The position numbers and the translations under genes are program-made. From assembly GCA_046484135.1 (NCBI GenBank), contig JAWOBU010000215.1:1-10544 (forward strand): a DNA stretch of 10,544 nucleotides. Direction: 5' to 3'. Positions 6,076 to 10,544 of this stretch are shown here, piece by piece. The notes under the pieces are model-generated. The model did not search any database. It saw only the letters and a program-made list of their open reading frames with translations, and was not told the origin of the DNA. How positions within the stretch are numbered: the first letter of the stretch is position 1; each line of letters starts with the position of its first letter. This stretch comes from a bacterium. GTDB lineage: Bacteria > RBG-13-61-14 > DATKZS01.

Positions 6076-7431
6076 ATGGAGGATGCTCGGATACTTATAG
6101 TTGACGACGACGAGGTTGCACGCAAGAACCTCTCCCGCATCCTTTCCAATGGCGGCTTTGAGGTGTCCGTTTGCAAGGACGGCTCAGGCGCTCTGTCCCT
6201 CCTTAAGAGAAAGAGCTTCGATCTTGTCATCACCGATCTGGTCATGGAGGAGATGACCGGGCTGGACCTCCTCTCAAAGATCAAGCAGCAGGACCCGGAG
6301 ATCGAGGTCATTGTATTGACCGCGTACGCCTCCATCCCCACTGCCATAGAAGCCATGAAAAAGGGAGCGTATCATTACCTGGAGAAGCCTTTTCGGTCGG
6401 AAGAGGTAAGGCACCTGGCGGGCCGGGCCCTGGAGAAGCGGGAGCTCAGAAAGCGGGTGGCTGAGCTGGAGTCGCGCCTGGAGAGACATCCCGCGGAGCC
6501 GGTTCTGATAGGTGAAAGCAGGGAGATACAGGAAGTGGTGAGGATAATAAAGCAGGTGGCGAAGACGGACTGTAATATCCTCATCACCGGCGAATCCGGG
6601 ACCGGCAAGGAGCTGGCCGCTTCCTTGGTCCATTTTCACAGTCCCCGCCAAGAGGGCAAGTTCCTGGCGGTAAACTGCGGGGGTTTTACGGAGGAGCTTC
6701 TGGCCAACGAGCTTTTCGGGCACGAGCAGGGGGCTTTCACAGGGGCCACCAGGCAGAAAGCCGGTCTCCTGGAGGCGGCGAGCGGGGGCACGTTGTTGCT
6801 GGACGAGATCGGCGACATGCCGCTTTCCATGCAGGTCAAGCTGATGCGGGCCATCGAGGAGCAGGAGATCATAAGGGTGGGGGGCAACCAGCCGGTTCCT
6901 ATTAACGTGCGTATCATCGCCGCCACCAACCAGGACTTGAAGAAGGCGGTGGGAGCGGGACTGTTCCGGCAGGAACTCTTCTTTCGCCTGAACGTCATAT
7001 CCGTTTTTCTTCCCCCTCTCAGGGAGAGGAAACAGGACATACCCTTACTGGCTCATTTCTTTTTGAACCGCGCCGTGAAAACGACCGCAAAGCAGGTCAA
7101 GGGATTCTCCGAGCAGGCCATGAGCTCCCTGGTGGATTATGACTATCCCGGCAATGTGCGGGAGCTGGAGAACATTATCGAGCGGGCCGCGGCCATGTGC
7201 CGGGAGCAGGAAATCCAGTTAAGAGACCTGCCTTCGGACCTCTCCGAGATGGAGGTCTTTTCCTTCGGGCATTCCGACTCCAATATAAAAACCCTCAAAG
7301 AAGTCCAGCACGACTACATCCAATGGGTCCTGGAACGGGTGGGCAGGAACAAGACCAAGGCGGCAAAGATTCTCGGCATTGACCGGGCGTCATTGTGGAG
7401 GCATCTGAAGCGGCACGAGTTCGAGGAATAA
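6076..7431 (+). CDS. Sigma54-dependent two-component response regulator (NtrC/AtoC family: REC-AAA-Fis HTH)
   Basis: REC motifs ILIVDDD, ITDLVM (phospho-Asp), LTAY, LEKP. Walker A GESGTGKE, GAFTGA (6730-6747), Walker B LLLDEIGD, LFFRLNV, YPGNVRELEN. C-terminal HTH NKTKAAKILGIDRASLWRHL. Alternative in-frame starts at 6037 (GTG) and 6046 (ATG). Confidence 0.96.
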   Translation: MEDARILIVDDDEVARKNLSRILSNGGFEVSVCKDGSGALSLLKRKSFDLVITDLVMEEMTGLDLLSKIKQQDPEIEVIVLTAYASIPTAIEAMKKGAYHYLEKPFRSEEVRHLAGRALEKRELRKRVAELESRLERHPAEPVLIGESREIQEVVRIIKQVAKTDCNILITGESGTGKELAASLVHFHSPRQEGKFLAVNCGGFTEELLANELFGHEQGAFTGATRQKAGLLEAASGGTLLLDEIGDMPLSMQVKLMRAIEEQEIIRVGGNQPVPINVRIIAATNQDLKKAVGAGLFRQELFFRLNVISVFLPPLRERKQDIPLLAHFFLNRAVKTTAKQVKGFSEQAMSSLVDYDYPGNVRELENIIERAAAMCREQEIQLRDLPSDLSEMEVFSFGHSDSNIKTLKEVQHDYIQWVLERVGRNKTKAAKILGIDRASLWRHLKRHEFEE

Positions 7432-7433
7432 CT

Positions 7434-7559
7434 GTTGAATAGTGCAACAGAGGCGATGCCTCCAGCAATAGTCTGCTTTTTCCTTTTTTATCTCACGAGT
7501 TATATGGAAAGACCAGGATCGCCGTTGAACTCTGCAACAGGTGGTTAGCAAAATTCAAC
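7434..7559. promoter_or_regulatory. Upstream activating sequences (enhancer sites), consensus GTTG-N7-CAAC, two tandem pairs
   Basis: GTTG-AATAGTG-CAAC (7434-7448), GATG-CCTCCAG-CAAT (7455-7469), GTTG-AACTCTG-CAAC (7524-7538), TTAG-CAAAATT-CAAC (7545-7559). Spacing is 21 bp within pairs and 90 bp between pairs. Confidence 0.75.
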
Positions 7560-7587
7560 AAGTTCCTTCCTTCGTATTCCAATTCAA

Positions 7588-7600
7588 TATCAGCCAGTTA
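7588..7600 (+). promoter_or_regulatory. IHF binding site
   Basis: TATCAGCCAGTTA fits WATCARNNNNTTR and lies between the enhancer sites and the sigma54 box. Confidence 0.65.
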
Positions 7601-7617
7601 GAAAAAACTCCCCTCTT

Positions 7618-7633
7618 CGGCATCGTTATTGCT
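7618..7633 (+). promoter_or_regulatory. Sigma54 (-24/-12) promoter
   Basis: CGGCATCGTTATTGCT: GG at 7619-7620 and GC at 7631-7632 with exactly 10 nt between, close to TGGCACGNNNNTTGCW, about 67 nt before ATG 7700. Confidence 0.85.
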
Positions 7634-7699
7634 AGAATAGAAAGCGGATCGCGACTTTCAGACAACCTATAGTTTCATTCAACTCGAAAAAACAAAGTT

Positions 7700-8113
7700 A
7701 TGGCTGGGAAGGTAATGGTTATACTGGATTCTTTCTCCATGGCGGGCGAAGCTGTTCAATATTCAATCGAGCTGGCCCGGCGCATGGATTACTCGCTCCT
7801 GGTGCTGATCCTTCTTCCCCTGGACAGCGAGGAGCTGAAAAGCGCGAAGGATATCGAAAAACGTGCTCAAGATGCCTTGCGTCCGCACATTAGCTTTGCC
7901 AGGGATGCCGGGGTAGAAACGGAGGCTGAGGTAAGGATAGGGGACCCCTCCTCCGAGCTTATGAAGTTCCTGGCCGGAGCGAGATCGGTCCATACCATCG
8001 TGTGGGGCGGCAAAAGTGATATAAGCAGGGCCGGCCGGAAAAAAGCGCATTGGCTTCTGAAGATAAAACACATGCTGGAATGTCCGGTAGTAATACCGTC
8101 AACTAAGACTTGA
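7700..8113 (+). CDS. Universal stress protein (USP)-like protein
   Basis: 137 aa with the USP pattern KVMVILDSFS..EAVQYSIELARR..., EVRIGDPSSELMKF, TIVWGG and terminal ECPVVIP. Confidence 0.8.
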   Translation: MAGKVMVILDSFSMAGEAVQYSIELARRMDYSLLVLILLPLDSEELKSAKDIEKRAQDALRPHISFARDAGVETEAEVRIGDPSSELMKFLAGARSVHTIVWGGKSDISRAGRKKAHWLLKIKHMLECPVVIPSTKT

Positions 8114-8148
8114 AAAGTCGTGTCTCAAAAAAGCTGGAGTGATGTATC

Positions 8149-9711
8149 ATGCAGGTCATATGTATATCTCGGGGGACTTATAGCGGCGGGCGGGAGTTTG
8201 CCGTAAAGCTGGCGGAGAAGCTTGGTTATGCCTGTCTTGGCCGGGAGGAACTGATCGAAGCGGCAACGGAAGAAGGCATCCAGGTGGGCAAGCTGGAGAT
8301 GACCATGACCCGTTCGAGCGTCTTCAGCGAACGTCTGGCCCTGGAGCGGGACCACTACCTGGCCTTTTCCACCGCCTACCTTTGCGAGAAGGCCATGAAG
8401 AACGGAGGACTGGTGTACCACGGCCGCACCGGACACCTGCTCCTTCCCGGGGTGAGCCACGTACTGCGCGCCCGGGTGCTTGCGGACGAGGAGTACCGCA
8501 CCCGGGCGGTCATGCGGAACCTGGGGCTGGAGCGGGACAAGGCCCGCCGCTACATCGAAGGGGTTGACGAGGACAGGCGCAGATGGGTCCGTTCCATGTA
8601 CGGGGTGTCATGGGAGGACGCGGCCAACTACGACGTGGTCATAAACCTGGCCCAGATGAGCATGGAGAACGCGGCTTCCGCCTTGACCAACATGGCACAG
8701 TTGCCTGACTTCCAGATGACCCCCGCCTCCAGGAAGGCCATGGAGGACCTGCTCCTGGCCTCCAGGGCCAGGATGGCCATTGCCCGGGATGAAAGGACCC
8801 ACAGGGCGGATGTAAAAGCAAGGGCGGACAACGGCGTGGTCACTGTAACTTACCTGCCACAGGACGCTAAAGTTGCAGAACATATCCCGGAGGTGTGCAA
8901 AGACCTGCCCGGTATGGAGGAGGTCAGGACCACCATGGCCATGACCAACCTTTTGTGGATACAGGAGGAGTTCCAGCCCCACACCGAGCTTTATAACCAG
9001 GTGGTGGAGATCGCCACCAAGTGGAACGCCGCGGTGGAGCTTTTAAGGCTCGCGCCGGAGGAAGAAGCCACGCCCGGTGAGGACGGGCAATTGATCGAGC
9101 CCGGGCGCGAGCCCGCAAGCCAGGAAGCCGAGAGGTTTAACGGGGGAATAGAGGAAGAAGTGGGGGAGGATTCGGCAGGTAATGACGGGTTGAAACAGAC
9201 CCTTGACGAGCTTGCCAAGGAAGGAAAATCCGGAGGGGGGAGAGTGGTCTACGGGGGACAAAAAAAGCTCGCAAACTCCATAGACAAGACCGTGCCCTAC
9301 ACCCTGGTGGTGATCGGAGAAGTGTTCCTGGACAAAGGGCATTCCGCGAAGCTCCGGGCCACCCGCGACTTAAGGAGCTTTTTAAGCGACCGTATCAAGG
9401 CCCCGGTGGTGACCTCGGACGAGTTGGGAAGCCAGTACCTGTTCGGGAAAAGAGACATCCCCAGGGTGATCGCTTTCCTCCTGGTTGCTCTCATTATCTA
9501 TTTCCTGGTGTTCACCCACGAGGAAATTATCCTTAACTTTCTGGCTAACACAGGCTGGTATGCAGAATGGGCAAAGGGCACCTTCCTGGCAAACACGGAG
9601 TGGGCTCCCAAGGTAATAGTGTCCATCGCCGTGTTCATTTTGGTCCCGATAGTGGCTTATTTGTACGGGAGCGTTACCAGCGCTTTCCTCAAGTTGATAA
9701 AAATGGAGTAA
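8149..9711 (+). CDS. Cytidylate-kinase-like family protein fused to BON-like and USP-like domains with two C-terminal TM helices
   Basis: GGAG RBS. N-terminus VICISRGTYSGGREFAVKLAEKLGY, VYHGR, DEDRRRWVRSMYGVSWED..YDVVINL (Cytidylate_kin2-like). DVKARADNGVVTV is BON-like. Hydrophobic segments VIAFLLVALIIYFLVF and VIVSIAVFILVPIVAYLY. Confidence 0.85.
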   Translation: MQVICISRGTYSGGREFAVKLAEKLGYACLGREELIEAATEEGIQVGKLEMTMTRSSVFSERLALERDHYLAFSTAYLCEKAMKNGGLVYHGRTGHLLLPGVSHVLRARVLADEEYRTRAVMRNLGLERDKARRYIEGVDEDRRRWVRSMYGVSWEDAANYDVVINLAQMSMENAASALTNMAQLPDFQMTPASRKAMEDLLLASRARMAIARDERTHRADVKARADNGVVTVTYLPQDAKVAEHIPEVCKDLPGMEEVRTTMAMTNLLWIQEEFQPHTELYNQVVEIATKWNAAVELLRLAPEEEATPGEDGQLIEPGREPASQEAERFNGGIEEEVGEDSAGNDGLKQTLDELAKEGKSGGGRVVYGGQKKLANSIDKTVPYTLVVIGEVFLDKGHSAKLRATRDLRSFLSDRIKAPVVTSDELGSQYLFGKRDIPRVIAFLLVALIIYFLVFTHEEIILNFLANTGWYAEWAKGTFLANTEWAPKVIVSIAVFILVPIVAYLYGSVTSAFLKLIKME

Positions 9712-9723
9712 GAGGAGTACGTC

Positions 9724-10544
9724 ATGCCTGACCTTATTCTGAACCAGTTCATACATCTAGACCTGTCATCGGCCCTGCAAGTGGTGCTGATAGGTTTTAT
9801 CGGGGGGACGCTCAGCGGCTTTATCGGCAGCGGGGGCGCATTCTTCATGACCCCCGGCATGATGAACCTGGGCGTGCCCGGCGTGATCGCAGTGGGAAGC
9901 AACATCACCCACAAGTTCGGCAAAGCCATGATGGGCAGCAAAAAGCACAGCGAGTACGGCAACGTGGACAAAAGGTTGGCGGTGACCATGGTGATCACTT
10001 CTTTCATCGGCATCCGGGTGGCAGTCTGGATAAACAGCGCTCTTTTCGGAGAAGGCGGCGACGGACACGGCGGAGGCGGCAACGCGGCCTCCGATCTTTA
10101 CATCAGCGCCATCTTCATCTTCATCCTCGCCCTGGTCGCCATATCCATGTTAAAGGACGCTCTCAAACCCGACGATGAGGAGGGTGGTGGGCCGTCCATG
10201 AAGCTCGCCAACTTTGTCTCCCGGATCAGCATACCTCCTTATATTCATTTCAAGGTTGCGGACGTCAAGGTTTCGTTATGGGTGGTCTCGATCTGCGGCC
10301 TGGCCACCGGCTATCTGGCGGGAACCATCGGAGTGGGAGGGTTCATCGGCGTTCCCGCCATGATCTACATCTTCGGCGTTCCCACCGCGGTGGCCGCGGG
10401 CTCCGAACTTTATCTGGCCATGTTCATGGGCGGCTGGGGAGCCCTGAACTACGCGTTCGAGGGTTTCGTGGACATAAGACTGACCTTGCTTTTATACCTC
10501 GGCTCCCTGATCGGAGTCTTTATCGGGGCCTACGGAGTGAAGGT
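9724..10544 (+). CDS. TauE/SafE (TSUP, DUF81) family anion/sulfite-type transporter (partial, runs off right edge)
   Basis: AGAGGAG RBS and ATG 9724. MPDLILNQF...GFIGGTLSGFIGSGGAFFMTPGMMNLGVPGVIAVGSNITHKFGK...GNVD, plus the internal-repeat motif GLATGYLAGTIGVGGFIGVPAMIYIFGVP. Open to the window end and missing from the ORF track. Confidence 0.93.
   Translation, partial: MPDLILNQFIHLDLSSALQVVLIGFIGGTLSGFIGSGGAFFMTPGMMNLGVPGVIAVGSNITHKFGKAMMGSKKHSEYGNVDKRLAVTMVITSFIGIRVAVWINSALFGEGGDGHGGGGNAASDLYISAIFIFILALVAISMLKDALKPDDEEGGGPSMKLANFVSRISIPPYIHFKVADVKVSLWVVSICGLATGYLAGTIGVGGFIGVPAMIYIFGVPTAVAAGSELYLAMFMGGWGALNYAFEGFVDIRLTLLLYLGSLIGVFIGAYGVK

Noticed and set aside
7432..7489. CTGTTG-N7-CAACAG hairpin as a rho-independent terminator of the regulator gene
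   Set aside because: The stem is weak, the T-tract is ~25 nt away, and the motif recurs with fixed spacing, which fits a protein-binding site better.
10048..10080. GGC/GGA-rich tract in the TSUP gene
   Set aside because: It encodes a Gly-rich loop (GEGGDGHGGGG); ordinary low complexity.
1..10544. CRISPR array, tRNA, rRNA or riboswitch
   Set aside because: I saw no regularly spaced direct repeats or recognisable structured-RNA signatures. The repeats at 1-293 and 1930-2276 are protein-coding.

Overview
The window looks like a Desulfobacterota-type (deltaproteobacterial) chromosome segment in three parts. (1) 1-2870, minus strand: a secreted, Ca-binding-repeat surface protein of at least 956 aa that runs off the left edge and is missing from the ORF track. 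It has a Cys-rich N-terminal domain, TSP3-like DxDxDG repeats and two copies of a beta-rich domain flanking a GATase/ThuA-like domain. (2) About 3228-5935: a decayed accessory island. It contains a 443-bp internally deleted IS with intact 20-bp terminal inverted repeats, an intact-looking Lon-type AAA+ ATPase with no protease domain, an in-frame phosphatase/phage-terminase chimera and a broken TSCPD (NrdJ C-terminal-like) gene. Both of the latter gene-breaking junctions lie on short related GC-rich palindromes (CTGCCYGC...GCAGGCRGG). (3) About 5960-10544: an NtrC-family sigma54 response regulator followed by a readable sigma54 promoter (paired GTTG-N7-CAAC sites, IHF site, -24/-12 box). The promoter precedes an operon of a USP-like protein, a cytidylate-kinase-like/BON/USP-like membrane protein and a TauE/SafE (TSUP) transporter that runs off the right edge. 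Family assignments come from recalled motifs, not database searches.
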